Below are positions 1 to 13,054 of a stretch of DNA of 16,784 nt, in pieces. How positions within the stretch are numbered: position 1 is the stretch's first letter; each line of letters starts with the position of its first letter. Origin of the DNA: Octopus sinensis (lineage: Eukaryota); the NCBI RefSeq assembly GCF_006345805.1, contig NW_021825151.1:1-16784 (forward strand). Reading direction: 5' to 3'. Below the pieces are notes generated by a model. That model saw only the letters and a program-made list of their open reading frames with translations, made no database searches and was not told the origin of the DNA. A program made the translations under genes and the position numbers.

Positions 1-870
1 CTGCCGTCGCTCGAACGCAAACCAGGGATCCCAACAAGTCGAGCGACGACGATTGACCAGGCTCAATCGATCGGCGAAGGTTCGCCACGGAACCCAGAGA
101 GGAGGGAGATAACAACAACAATAACAGCAGGAAGAGATACAGAGAGAGACACACAGAGGCAAGGCAATCGGCTTACATTTAACCCACTAGTTTATAACAC
201 TTTATAATTGTTACAACATCAAATAAATCAAGATACATATCAGGTACATCAAAGGGGAAATACATGCAAGAAACAACACATCAAAGCATTCGGGTACAAT
301 AACAGTTCAGATTGATGCAATATACAGTCCGGAGACAACAGTTGTTTCAAATCACATTAAAACCATATACAGTTCAATGTTCATTTAAAGACTACAACAG
401 AGTCTTTCTCCTCTCTTCAACACATCGATTATTTCTCCTTTTTTTCCCCTTCTTTCTCTTTTTAGTTCAACACATCAATTCAAAGCATAAATAAACACAT
501 ACCGTACAGTTCCTACTATAATAGCTGTGCCTTCCCTCCGCCGTAATCTCCCTCACTTCCTTAATCTTCTCTGCCTGACTTCCTTTGTCACAGCAGAACA
601 ACCATTACTAAACTCGCTGTATCATCCCAACTGTTGCCTGTCTCTCACAAACTCCCAATTGCCAACTGCTTGCCTTGAATCCCAAAATGCTGACTGCTTC
701 TCACAAACTGAACTGCTTATTTAAGGGGGTAGCCTTCAAATGAACCTTAATTCACCCGAAAGGGTCGGGGGCGGTCCCCAGAGCTAATTAATCTACCCGC
801 ATCTGGATGAACAATGGATTCATTCCCAAAAGTAGGTCGCCAGCTCTGTCGTTAAGTTGAACTCACAACA
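1..870. mobile_element. Solo-LTR-like element, copy 1 (left end just outside the window)
   Basis: Ends in ...CACAACA followed by ATAT (871-874). Colinear with 5452-5957 apart from 367 extra bp (143-509). Interrupts a flank that is continuous in type-D introns (cagcatcaaatattactttc). Confidence 0.65.
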
Positions 871-898
871 ATATATTACTTTCAGAAATTATTATCAA

Positions 899-916
899 GA
901 AACTGAACGAACTTAC
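899..916 (-). promoter_or_regulatory. Extended 5' splice-site motif GTAAGTTCGTTCAGTTTC after all 9 type A/C/D exons
   Basis: Plus-strand gaaactgaacgaacttac ending at 916, 3270, 6003, 7857, 11095, 14388 and 15863; one substitution in the copy ending at 10401 and a 1-nt deletion in the copy ending at 15072. Splice-donor role is supported; any role beyond +6 is inference. Confidence 0.6.
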
Positions 917-988
917 ATTGTCGTCAACTTCGAAAGCCCGTTGAATATACCTTGTTTCATGGTTGAAATTTTGTTGCCGTCAAGATTT
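917..988 (-). CDS. LRR exon E12 (type A): NLDGNKISTMKQGIFNGLSKLTT(I/M)
   Basis: Acceptor cttctatAG, donor GTAAGT (911-916), 72 nt, open. Confidence 0.92.
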
Positions 989-3647
989 CTATAGAAGTAA
1001 AGAAAGAGTAAAATAGATTATACGGAAAGTGTTTGTGATAGAACATCAAACAATATGGCTTTAGAATGAAAGGAAGAAAAAGGAAGACATATACCGTAGA
1101 AGAAGAAGAAGAAGAAGAAGAAGAGAAGAAGAAGACGAAATAAGAAGAGGGGGAGGAGAGGAAGGGAGAAGAAAGGGAGGAGGAATAAGAGAAGAAAATG
1201 AAGGAGGAGGAGGACGAAGGGGTGGAAGAGGAGAATGCGGGGAGAAGGAGTAAAGGAGGGTGAAGGAGGAGAGAAGAGAGGAGATGCAGAATAGGCAAGA
1301 GGAGGAGGCGAATGAGAAAAGGAGAAACAAGTAGAAGAGAAAGAAAAAGGAGAAAATTGACGAGATAAAAGTACAGGAGCAAGTTTATAAAAGATGAAGA
1401 AGAAGAAGAAGAAGAAGAAGAAGAAAAAAGAAGGAGAAAAAATGAGGAGGAGGAGGAAGAGAAGAAGAAGAAGAAGAAGAAGAAGAAGAAGAAGGAGACG
1501 AAGGAGAAGAAGACGCATGAGAAATAAGAGGAGGAGGGGGAAGGAAAAAGAAAGGAAGAAGGAAAAGGAGAAGAAAATGAAGGGTGAGGATGGGGAGCAT
1601 TAAGAGGCGGAAGATCAGAATGCGGGGAGAAGGAGATAATGTAGGGTGAAGGAGGGGAGGCGTGGAGGAGAGAGGAGGAGTGAAGAGACGAGGGGCAGAA
1701 TGGGCAGGAGGAGCAGGCGAATGAGAAAAGGAGAAACGTATAGAAGAGAGAGAAAAGAACGAGAAAATTGACGAGATAAAAGAACAGGAGCAAGTTTGAG
1801 AAAGATGAAGAAGAAGAAGAGGAAGAAGAAGAAGGAGAAGAAGGAGGGGAAGAAGAAGAAGAAGAAGAAGAATAAGAATAATAATAAGAAGGAGGAGGAG
1901 GAGGAGGAGAAGTAGATGGAGGAGGAGGAGGAGGAGGAGAAGAAGGAGGAGAAGGAAAAGAAGGAGGAGAAGGAAAAGAAGGAGGAGGTGGAGGAGGAGG
2001 AGGAAAAGAAGAAGGAGAAGAAGAAGCAGAAAAGCAGAAGAAGAAGAAGGAAAATAATAAGAAGAAGAATCAAGAGAAAATTATTTCGGTGGAAGTGTGG
2101 ATAAATAACCACAAGGCACCACAAAATAAAGAGAACAATGTGAAACAAAAAATAGTAGAAAAACATAAGTATTATATTAACACTGCAGACACACTCATAC
2201 ATATATGAACATACACGTTTTCAGGAATAGAATTTTGCTGCAATCAATTATCATTGATAGTCATTGTCATGTTCAGACACAATCAAATAAATATAGCACG
2301 AATATGAAAAGTGATTATGACTTCAAGTAATAGGGAGTGAGAACAAATAGAAATCAGGGAATATTTAAATTAAAGACACATTATATTCCTCATGTATAAA
2401 CGACAACATTGAAAGGACTTACAGATATTGTAAGCTGTGAAGGTCTTGAAACATTTCTTCTTCAATACTCGAAATTTTATTCTCCTGAAGATACCTGAAG
2501 CAGGAAAAAATGTTGCTTATTTTGACGTAGTATGGAATTGCAATAAAAGATGAAATATTGTTCTTTTTGTATAGGAGGAAACCATAGGAAAATAAAATGA
2601 TAAGAAGTAGAAGAAGAAGAAGAAGAAGAAGAAGAAGGAGAAGAAGAAGGAAGAGGAGGAGTAGGACTAGAAGAAGAAGAAGCTGGAAGAGGAGAAGAAG
2701 AAGACGAACGAGGAGTAGAAGAGAAGGTAAAGGAGAAGGAGGAGGGGGATGATGCGAGGTAGAAGAAGAATGAAAAGAAGAAGGGGAAGAAGAATCAGGA
2801 GAAGAAGAAAACTAGATGAACAAGAAGAAGAAGTATTAGACGAAGAAGAAGAAAAAGAGATGAGAGGAGGTAAAGAACAAGAAAAAGAAAGAAGAGAGAA
2901 AGCGAGAAAAATAATATAATAATAAATAAGAAGAAATGACAAGAAAGGTCTTATAAGAAGAAGAAGAAAAACAGATGAGATGATGTAAAGAAGAAAAAAA
3001 AAACTAAAGAAGAAGAAGAAGAAAGAAGAAAAGAAGAAGAAAACAAGAAAGAAAACAGAGAAAAAAGAATAAAAAGAGAGAAAAGAAAAAAGACAATAAA
3101 ACAGAACAACAACAACAGCATCAAGATCAAGTAGAACAAGATTAAGAAGAAGAAGAACATGAACACGAAGAAGATAGTGCACTCTGAAAGTTTATTCGTT
3201 TCTGAGAGAAAATATATCAGCATCAAAGTATACATTCAGATAATAGTATTAAGAAACTGAACGAACTTACAATGTTGTTAAATTCGAAAGCTTCGTGAAG
3301 GTCCCTTCTTTGATGGTTGCAATGTTGTTGTGGCCAAGATCTCTATAACAGTAACGAAAGATTAAAATAGATTATATGGAAAATATTAGTGATACAACAT
3401 CAAACACAGGAGCTTTACAATGAACGAAAGAAAAAGAAATGAGATAACAAAGTAGACGAAGAAGAAGAAGAACAACAACAACAAAAACAACAACGAAAAC
3501 GAAAAGAAGAACAAGAACAAGAAGATGAATGAAAAGAGGAATAAGGAGGTGGAGGAGGGGACGAGAAGGGGAGAAAGTGGAAAAGAAGAAAAAGAAAAAT
3601 AGCAGTGCTAGGGGGACAAACAGAGACACACAATCACACACACATAC

Positions 3648-3686
<39 letters not shown>

Positions 3687-3978
3687 CATATATACGACAG
3701 GCTTCTTTCAGTTTCCGTCTACCAAATCCACTCACAAGGCATTGGTCGGCCCGGGGCTATAGCAGAAGACTTACCACACAGCTACTTACCACACAGCCAC
3801 TCCTGCAGGCGCAGTAGTGGCTGTGTGGTAAGTAGCTTGCTAACCAACCACACGGTTGCGGTTCAGTCCCACTGCGTGGCATCTTGGGCAAGTGTCTTCT
3901 GCTATAGCCCCGGGCCGCGACAATGCCTTGTGAGTGGATTTGGTAGACGGAAACTGAAAGAAGCCTGTCGTATATATG

Positions 3979-4028
<50 letters not shown>

Positions 4029-4887
4029 ATTGTGTGTCTGTGTTTGTCCCCCTAGCACTGCTTGACAACCGATGCTGGTGTGTTTACGTCCCCGTCACTT
4101 AGCGGTTCGGCAAAAAGAGACCGATAGAATAAGTACTAAAAAGGTGGTGCACCAGCATGGCCGCAGTCAAATGACTGAAACAAGTAAAAGAGTAAAGAGA
4201 GAGTAAGGGGAATTTGAGGAAAAAATATATCAGAGGATGAAGAAAATAAGGGCGTAAGTTGATGAAAAAGAAGCAGAAGAATGAAGAATAAAGTGACGTG
4301 AGAGGAAGAGGGGCTAGGAGACGGTAGGGGAGGAGGGAGTGATGTAGGAGAGGGTAGGGTATGAGAGAGGTGGTGCATGAGCAGGAACAGGGGGACAAGT
4401 AGAATAGGAGGAAGATGCTGAAGAGAAGGAAAAAAGAAATGTGATAAGCAGAAATACCTGGAGTAAGTTTATGAAAAATGAGAAGGAGAGGAAGAAGAAG
4501 AAGAAGAAGAGGAAGTTTAAGGAAAAGAAAATGAAGGAGGAGATGAAGGAGGCAGAGGAGGAAGGGGAAGTAGAAGAGGAGAAGAAGAAGACGACGACGA
4601 AGAAGAGAAAGATATGGAAGATGAAGAAAAAGGAGATGTAGATTAGAAGAAGAAGAAGAAGGAGAAGAAGAAGAAAAAAAGAAAGAAGAAGAAAGAGAAG
4701 GAGGTGGATGAGAAGAAGAAGAAGAAGACGAGGAAGAAGACGAAGAAGAAGAAGAAGAAGAAGTAGAAGATGAAGAAGAAGAAGGAAAAAAGAAGAAGAA
4801 GGAGAAAAAGAAGAAGATGAAGAAAAAGAAGAAAAGAAGAACATGAGTAAAAAGCAGAAGAAGAAGAGTAAAAAGCAGAAGAAGGAG

Positions 4888-4925
<38 letters not shown>

Positions 4926-7258
4926 GGAGAAGAAGAAGAACAAGAACAAGAATAATTCGATGTTGAATGACAATATCGAAAGGCGAAGGAGAATATTGAA
5001 ATAAGAAATGAAGGAGGAGACAAATTATAAAATAAAGGAAGTACATAGTCACATTTCACACGAAACTACACTTATATATGAACATACACATATACTTCAG
5101 CTGAAAATATTTGAGGCAAACATGTAAACTCACACACGTAATCATTTTTGATGAAAATTCAAATAAAAATCATTGAAATTTGAGGATGAAAATTGATTTC
5201 GGTTGACCTGAAGTGAAACAAAGCAACTGCAGTAAAGGAACATTAAATTTGTCCTATTATTTCACGTTCTCTCTCAATTTTTCACACATTGTCTCGCTCT
5301 CTTACTCCCACTTTGCATCTTCCAAACTCCTGTTCGGTCCCCAAATTTATATTGATTTTGCTTATTGCAGTCTGAATGTTCATACATTTGTGAGTATATA
5401 TATCAGCATCATATTGTTACGGAATCCCCGAAAGTTGTTACGGAATCCCGCCTGCCGTCGCTCGAACTCGAACCCGGGATCCCAACAAGTCGAGCGACGA
5501 CGATTGACAAGGCTCGATCGATCGGCGATTGTTCGCCACGGAACCCAGAGAGGAGAGAGATAACCACAACAACAACAGCAGCAGGAAGCGATACAGTTCC
5601 TACTACAATAGCTGTGCCTTCCCTCCGCCGTAATCTCCCTCACTTCCTTAATCTTCTCTGCCTGACTTCCTTTGTCACAGAAGAACAACCATTACTAAAC
5701 TCGCTGTATTATCCCAACTGTTGCCTGTTTCTCACAAACTCCCAACTGCCGACTGCTTGCCTTGAATCCCAAATGCTGACTGCCTCTCACAAACGGAACG
5801 GCTTATTTAAGGGGGTAGCCTTCAAATGAACCTTAATTCACCCGAAAGGGTCGGGGGGGTTGCCCCAGAGCTAATTAATCAACCCGCATCTGGAAGAACA
5901 ATGGATTCATTCCCAAAAGTAGGTCGCCAGCTCTGTCCTTAAGATGAACTCACAACAATATATTACTTTCAGAAATTATTATCAAGAAACTGAACGAACT
6001 TACAATGTCGTCAAATTCGAAAGCCCGTTGAATATTCCTTGTTTCATGGTTGAAATATTGTTGCCGTTAAGATCTCTATTGAAGTAAAGAAAGAGTAAAA
6101 TAGATTATACGGAAAATATTTGTGATAAAGCGTCAAACAATATGGCATTAGAATGAAAGGAAGAAAAAGGAAGACATATACCGTACAAGAAGAAGAAGAA
6201 GAAGAAGAAGAAGAAGAAGAAAAATAAGACGAAATAAGAAGAGGGGGAGGGAGGAAGGGAGAAGAAAGGGAGGAGGAATAAGAGAAGAAAATGAAGGAGG
6301 AGGAGGACGAAGGGGTGGAAGAGGAGAATGCGGAGAGAAGGAGTAAAAGGAGGGTGAAGGAAGAGAGAAGAAAGGGATGCAGAATAGGCAGGAGGAGGAG
6401 GCGAATGAGAAAAGGAGTAACAAGTAGAAGAGAAAGAAAAAGAAGGAGAAAATTGACGAGATAAAAGTACAGTAGCAAGTTTATGAAATATGAAGAAGAA
6501 GAAGAAGAAAAAGAAGAAGAGGAAAAGAAGAAGAAGAAGAAAAGAGAAAAGAATGAGAAGGAGGAGGAGGAGAGAAGAAGAAGAAGAAGAAGAAAAAGAA
6601 GAAGAAGAGGAAAAAGTAGAAGAAGAAGAAGAAGAAGGGGAAAAGAATGAGGAAGAGGAGGAGAAGTAGAAGAACAACAACAACAATAACAGGATGCAGG
6701 AGAAATAAGAGGCGGAGGGGGAAGGAAGAAGAAAGGAAGAAGGAAAAGGAGAAGAAAATGAAGGAGGGGGATTAGGAGGATGTAGAGGCGGAAGATCAGA
6801 ATGCGGGGAGAAGGAGAAAATGTAGGATAAGGAGGGGAGGCGTGGAGGAGGGAGAAGGAGTGAAGAGAGAAAGGGCAGAATGGGCAGGAGGAGCAGGCGA
6901 ATGAGAAAAGGAGAAACGTATAGAAAAGAAAGAAAAAGAAGGAGAAAATTGATGAGATAAAAGAACAGGAGCAAGTTTGGGAAAGATGAAGAAGAAGAAG
7001 AAGAAGGAGGAGAAGAAGGAAGAAGAAGAAGAAGAAGGAGGTGGAGGAGGAGGAGAAGTAGATGGAGAGGGGAGGAGGAGGAGAAGTAGAATAATAATAA
7101 TAATAAGAAGAAGAAGAAGTAAGAAGAAGAAGAAGAAAAAGAAAAAGTAGAAGAAGAAGAAAAAGAAGAAGAAGACAAAGAAGAAGAAGAAAAACGAAGA
7201 AGGAGAAAAAGAAGAGGAAAAGAAAAGAAGTGGCAGAAGAAGAAGGAAAAGAAGTAGT

Positions 7259-7289
<31 letters not shown>

Positions 7290-9926
7290 GAAGAAGAAGA
7301 AGAAGAAGAAGAAGAAGAAAAAAAGAAGAAGAAGAAGAAGAAGGAGGAGGGGGAGGAAAAGAAGAAGAAGGAGAAAAAGAAGAAGAAAAAGAAGAAGAAG
7401 AAGAAAATGAAGAAAATGAAAAAGAAGACATTAATAATCATGGTGTTCAAGAAGATGAAATGTAGTCAAAGAAATAACAGGAGATATTTTAGGGAGAGGG
7501 AAGAAACGTTTCAAGGAGAGAACATGGCTGAAAACTCAGGGAATATAAATTTAATACAAATTTAAATACAAATCGTTGAAATTTGGGAATCAAAAATTAG
7601 TTAAAGTGTCAAGAATTGAAACAAAGCAACTGCAATAAAGGAACATTAAATTTGTCCTTTTATTTCACATTCTCTCTCAATTCCTCCCTCTTTCTCTCAT
7701 TGTGTCTTGCTCTCTTAATCACACTTTGTATCTTCCTAAATCATGTTCGGTTCCCGATTTTGTTTAGTGCTGTCTGAGAGTTTATACGGTTAAGAGTGTA
7801 TTTATCAGCATCAAATATTACTTTCAAACAGAGTATCAGGAAACTGAACGAACTTACAATGACTTTAAATTCTTAAGCCCCATGAATACACCATGTTTGA
7901 TGGTTGAAATGTTGTTGGCGCCAAGATACCTGTTGCAATAAAGAACGAGTAAAAATTATTAGATTGAAAATATTTGTGATGCTACATAAAAAATAAGAAG
8001 AAAAAGAAAAAGACAAGTAAAAGAAGACGAAGCAGAAGATGTAACCGAAAAAGAAGACAAAATGGAAAAAACAGAAAAGAAGAAGAAGAAGAAAAGAGGA
8101 AGAGGATGAGGGGGAGAAGGAGGATAAAAAGAAGGGGGAGAGGAGAAGAAAAAAGGTGATGAAGAAGAAAAAGGAGAAGGAAAAGTACAAGAACAAGAAT
8201 AACAAGAATTACAAGAAGAACAAGAAGGAGAAGAAGTACAAGAAGAAGAAAAAGTAGGAGAAGAAAAAGCGGAAGAAGAGGTTGAAGAGGAAAGAAGAAG
8301 AACAAAACCAAGAAGAAGTAAAAGAAGAAGAAAATGAAGAAGAGGAAGAAGGAGAGAAAACAGTAGAGGATAAGAGGGAAGGTGGAAAAGAGGAGGAGGG
8401 GTAAAAGGCAAAATGGCGAGGGCGGGAAGAAGAAGAAAAAGGTGCGTAGATAAGGAGAGGCGAGGTGAGAAGAGAGGATGAGAAGGATGGGCAAGAGGAG
8501 AAGGAGAATGATAATAGGAGAAAGATATAGAAAAGAAAGAAATAAAAGAGAAAATTCACAAGGAGAAAGTGTGGTAGTAAGTTTATGACAGAAGAAGAAG
8601 AAGAAAAAGAAGAAGAAGAAGAAGAAGAATAAGAAGAAGAAGAAAAAGAATAAGAAGAAGAAGAAGAAGAAAAAGAGAAGAAGACTAGGATAAGAAGAAG
8701 AAAAGAAGAAGAAGAAAGGTGTAGAAGAATAAGAGTAATTAGAAAAGAGAACTAGAAGAAGAAGTACAGAAGAAGAACTAAAGAAGAGAAGAAAAGAAGA
8801 AAAAAAGATCAGGGGAAATATTTCGTGAAGTGTGGATAAATAACCACACGGAACCACAGAATAAAGAGAACAATGTGAAACAAAAATAGTAGAAAAACAT
8901 AAGTATTATATTAACACTGCAGACACACTCATACATATATGAACATACACGTTTCCAGGAATAGAATTTTGCTGCAATCAATTATCAACAGATAGTCATT
9001 GTCATGTTCAGACACAATCAAATAAATATAGCACGAATATGGAAAGTGATTATGACTTCCAGTAATAGGGAGTGTTAATAAATAGAATTCAGGGAATATT
9101 TAAATTAAAGACACATTATATTCCTCATGTATAAACGACAACAGAGAAAGGACTTACAGATCTTGTAAGCTGCGAAGGTCTTGAAACACAACTTCCTCAA
9201 TCCTCGAAATTTTATTGTCCTGAAGATACCTGAAGCAGGAAACAATGTTGCTTATTTTGACGTAGTATGGAATTGCAATAAAAGATGAAATATTGTTCTT
9301 TTTGTATTGGAAAAAAACCATAGGAAAATAAAATGACAAGAAGAAGAAGAAGAAGAAGAAGAAGAAGAAGAAAAAGAAAAAGTAAAAGGAAAAGAATAAT
9401 AATAATAATAATAATAAGAAGAAGAAGAAGAAGTAGAAAAATAAGAAGAAGAAGAAGAAGAAGAAGGAAAAGAAAAAGAAGAAGAAGAAAAAGAAGAAAA
9501 AAAGAAGAAGAAGTAGAAGAAGGAAAAGAAGAAGAAGAAGAAAAAGAAAAAGAAAAAGATAAAGAAGAAGAAGAAGAAGATGACGAAGAAGAAGAAAAAG
9601 AAGAAGAAGAAGAGGAAAAAGAAGAAGGAAAAGAAGAAGAAGAAGGAGGTGGATTAGAAGAAGAAGAGAAAAGAAGAAGAAGGAGAAGAAGAACAGGAAG
9701 AAGACAAAGAAGTTTAAGGAAAAGAAAATGAAGGAGGAGATGAAGGAGGCAGAGGAGACGTGGGAGAAAAATAAGAAAAAGACGAAAAAGAGAAAGGTAT
9801 GAAAGATGAAGAAACAGAAGGAGAATGAGAATTAGAGAATAAGTAAGTATTAGTAGTAGTATAGTATAGTGTAGTAGTAGAAGAAGAAAAGAAGAAGAAG
9901 AAGAAGGAGAAGACGAAAAGAAGAAG

Positions 9927-9958
<32 letters not shown>

Positions 9959-10610
9959 AAGAAGAAGAGACATTATAATCATAGTGTTCAAGAAGATGAA
10001 ATAGAAAATGTAGTCAAAGAAATAACCGAGATATTTTAGGGGAGGGAAGAAACGTTGAGGGAGAGAACATGGCTGAAAACTCAGGTATACAAATTTAATA
10101 CACAATTAAATACAATCTTTGAAATTTGGAAAATCCAAAATGAGTTAATGTGTCAAGAATTGACACAAAGCAACTGCAATAAAGGAACATTAAATTTGTT
10201 CTTTTATTTCACATTCTCTCTCAATTCCTCCCTCTTTCTCTCATTGGATCTTGCTCTCTTAATCCTACATTGTATCTTCCTAAATCATGTTTGATTCCCG
10301 AGTTTGTTTAGTGGAGTCTGAAAGTTTATGCGGTTAAGAGTGTATATATCAGCATCAGATATTACTTTCAAACAAAGTATCAGGAAATTGAACGAACTTA
10401 CATTGTCTTTAAATTCTTAAGCCCCATGAATATACCATGTTTGATGGTTGAAATGCTGTTGGCGCCAAGATTCCTGTTGCAGTAAAGAACGAGTAAAAAT
10501 TATTCGATGGAAAATATTTGTGATACTACAAAAAGAAGAAGAAGACGAAGAAGAAGAAGAAAAAGACGAAGAAGAAGAAGAAGAAGAAGAAGAAGAAGAA
10601 GAAGAAGAAG

Positions 10611-10643
<33 letters not shown>

Positions 10644-13018
10644 AAGAAGAAGACATTAATAATCATAGGGTTCAAGAAGATGAAATAGAAAATGTAGTCA
10701 AAGAAATAACAGGAGATATTTTAGGGAGAGGGAAGAAACGTCTCAGGGAGAGAACATGGCTGAAAACTCAGGGAATACAAATTTAATACAAAATTTAATA
10801 CAAATCTTTGAAATTTGGGAATCCAAAATGAGTTAATAATGTGTCCGAATTGAAAGAAACAAAGCAACTGTAATAACGGATCATTAAATTTGTCTTTTAT
10901 TTCATATTCTCTCTCAATTCCTCCCTCTTTCCTCTCATTGTGTCTTGCTCTCTTAAACCCACATTGTGTCTTCCTAAATCATGTTTGGTTCCCGAGTTTG
11001 TCTAGTGCAGTCTGAGAGTTTATACGGTTAAGAGTGTATTTATCAGCATCAAATATTACTTTCAAACAGAGTATCAGGAAACTGAACGAACTTACAATGT
11101 CTTTAAATTCTTAAGCCCCATGAATATACCATGTTTGATGGTTGAAATGTTGTTGGCGCCAAGATACCTGTTGCAGTAAAGAACGAGTAAAAATTATTAG
11201 ATGGAAAATATCTCTGATACTACAAAAAGAAGAAGAAGAGAAGAAGAAGACGAAGAAGAAAAATACGAAGCAGCAGAATTAAACGAAAAGAAGACGAAAA
11301 AAGAAGAAGAAGAAGATGAAGAAGATAAAAAAACATAAAAGAAGAGAAGGAAGAAGCAGAAGAAAAAGAAGAGGAAAAAAGGAGAAAGATGATGAGGGGG
11401 AGAAGGAAGTGAGGAGAATAAAATAAGAAGGTGAGGAAGTAGAAAAAAAAGAAGTACAAGAAGAACAAGAACAAGAAAGAGAAGAAGTACAGGAAGAAGA
11501 AGAAAAAGTTGAAGGAGGAGAAAAAGTAGAAGAAGAGGTAGAAGAGGAAAGAACAGGAAGAACAAGGACATATATGTAGAAGAGGAAGTAGAAGCACAAG
11601 AAGAAGAAGAAGAAGAAGTAAAAGAAGAAGAAGAAGAAGAAGAAGGAGGAGGAGGAGGAAGAGTAGAAGAAGAAGATGGAGATGATGAAGAAGGAGAAGA
11701 AGAAGAGAAAACAGTAGGATGAGGAGAAGGAGGGTGGAGAAAAGGAAAGGATGAGGAGGGGTAAAACGGAGAATGGCGAGGGGGGAAGAAGAAGAAAAAG
11801 GTGTGTGGAGAATGAGAGTCGAGGAGAGAAGAGAGGATGAGAAGAATGGGCAAGAGTAGAAGGAGAATGATAATAGGAGAAGGAATATAGAAGAGAAAGA
11901 AATAAAAGAGAAAATTCACGAGGAGATAGTGCGGTAGTAAGTTTATGAAATAAGAAGAAGAAGAAGAAGAAAAAAAGGAAAAGAAGATGAAAATGCATAA
12001 TAATAATAATAATAATAAAAATAATAATAATATAATATAATAATAATAATGATAATAATAATAATGAAAATGTAGATAGAAGCCACACAACAATGCCTAA
12101 TAATATAAACACCAGGACTTACAAACACATATAACATACAGAAAATTGCACTACTAGGCACTGCACACATCCTACGCAGAACACTTTCCATACAATAACC
12201 ATCAGAGCATCACAACAAATCACAGCAGATACCTAAAACACACAGAGCTGCGCTCGGTAGTGAAGTGAAAGCACGCTATAAAAATAAAACTACTGAATAA
12301 TAATAAGAAGAAGAAGAAGAAAAAGAAAAAGAAGAAGGAGAAAAAGAAATAGAAAAGAAGAAGCAGGAAAAAAAGAAGAAGAAGAATAAAGAAAGAGGAG
12401 AAAGAACTAAAGAAAAGAAGAAGAAGAAGAAGAAGAGAAATAAAAAGATAGAAGAAGAAGAAGTAGAACGAAAAAGAAGAAGAGGGAGAAGGAGAGTACA
12501 AAGCAAAGAACTCTAGAAGAAGAAGCAGAAGAACAAGAAGAAGAAGAAGTAGAAGCAAAAGAAGAAGAAGAAGGAGAAGGAGATGAAGAAGAAGAAGGAG
12601 AAGAAGAAAAAGAAGAACTAGAAGAAGAAGCGGAAGAAGAAGAACAAGAAGAAGAAGAAGAGGAAGTAGAAGAAACGAAGAATATGTAGAAGAAGAAGAA
12701 GAAGAAGAGAAAACAGTAGGATGAGGAGAGGGAGGGTGGAGAAAAGGAGAGGATAGAGGAGAGGTAAAAGGGAGAATGGCGAGTGGGGAAGAAGAAGAAA
12801 AAGGTTTGTGGAGTGTGAGAGTCGAGGAGAGAAGAGAGGATGAGAAGAATGGGCAAGAGGCGACGGGGAATTATAATAGGAGAAAGATATAGAAAAGAAA
12901 GAAATAAAAGAGAAAATTCACGAGGAGAAAGTGCGGTAGTAAGTTTATGAAAGAAGATGTAGAAGAATAAGGAAGAAGAAGAAGAAGAAGAATGGCAAAA
13001 GGAAAGAAGATAAAATGC

Positions 13019-13054
<36 letters not shown>

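Noticed and set aside
3808-3880. tRNA gene
   Set aside because: A and B boxes are present but no cloverleaf is evident; the sequence continues into a SINE body and tail.
3590-4215. Target-site duplication for the SINE
   Set aside because: The left boundary is overwritten by the inverted duplicate and both flanks are A/G low-complexity; no convincing TSD could be read.
5134-5207. AG..GTGAGT-bounded 74-nt segment as a 13th exon
   Set aside because: It is not a multiple of 3, has an in-frame stop in phase 2, has no LRR pattern, and overlaps sequence homologous to the D donor flank.
5365-5829. 154-aa plus-strand ORF, and 527..724, as gag or another coding gene
   Set aside because: It crosses the intron/LTR boundary and the deletion junction, is not conserved as one frame in copy 1, and has no recognisable motif.
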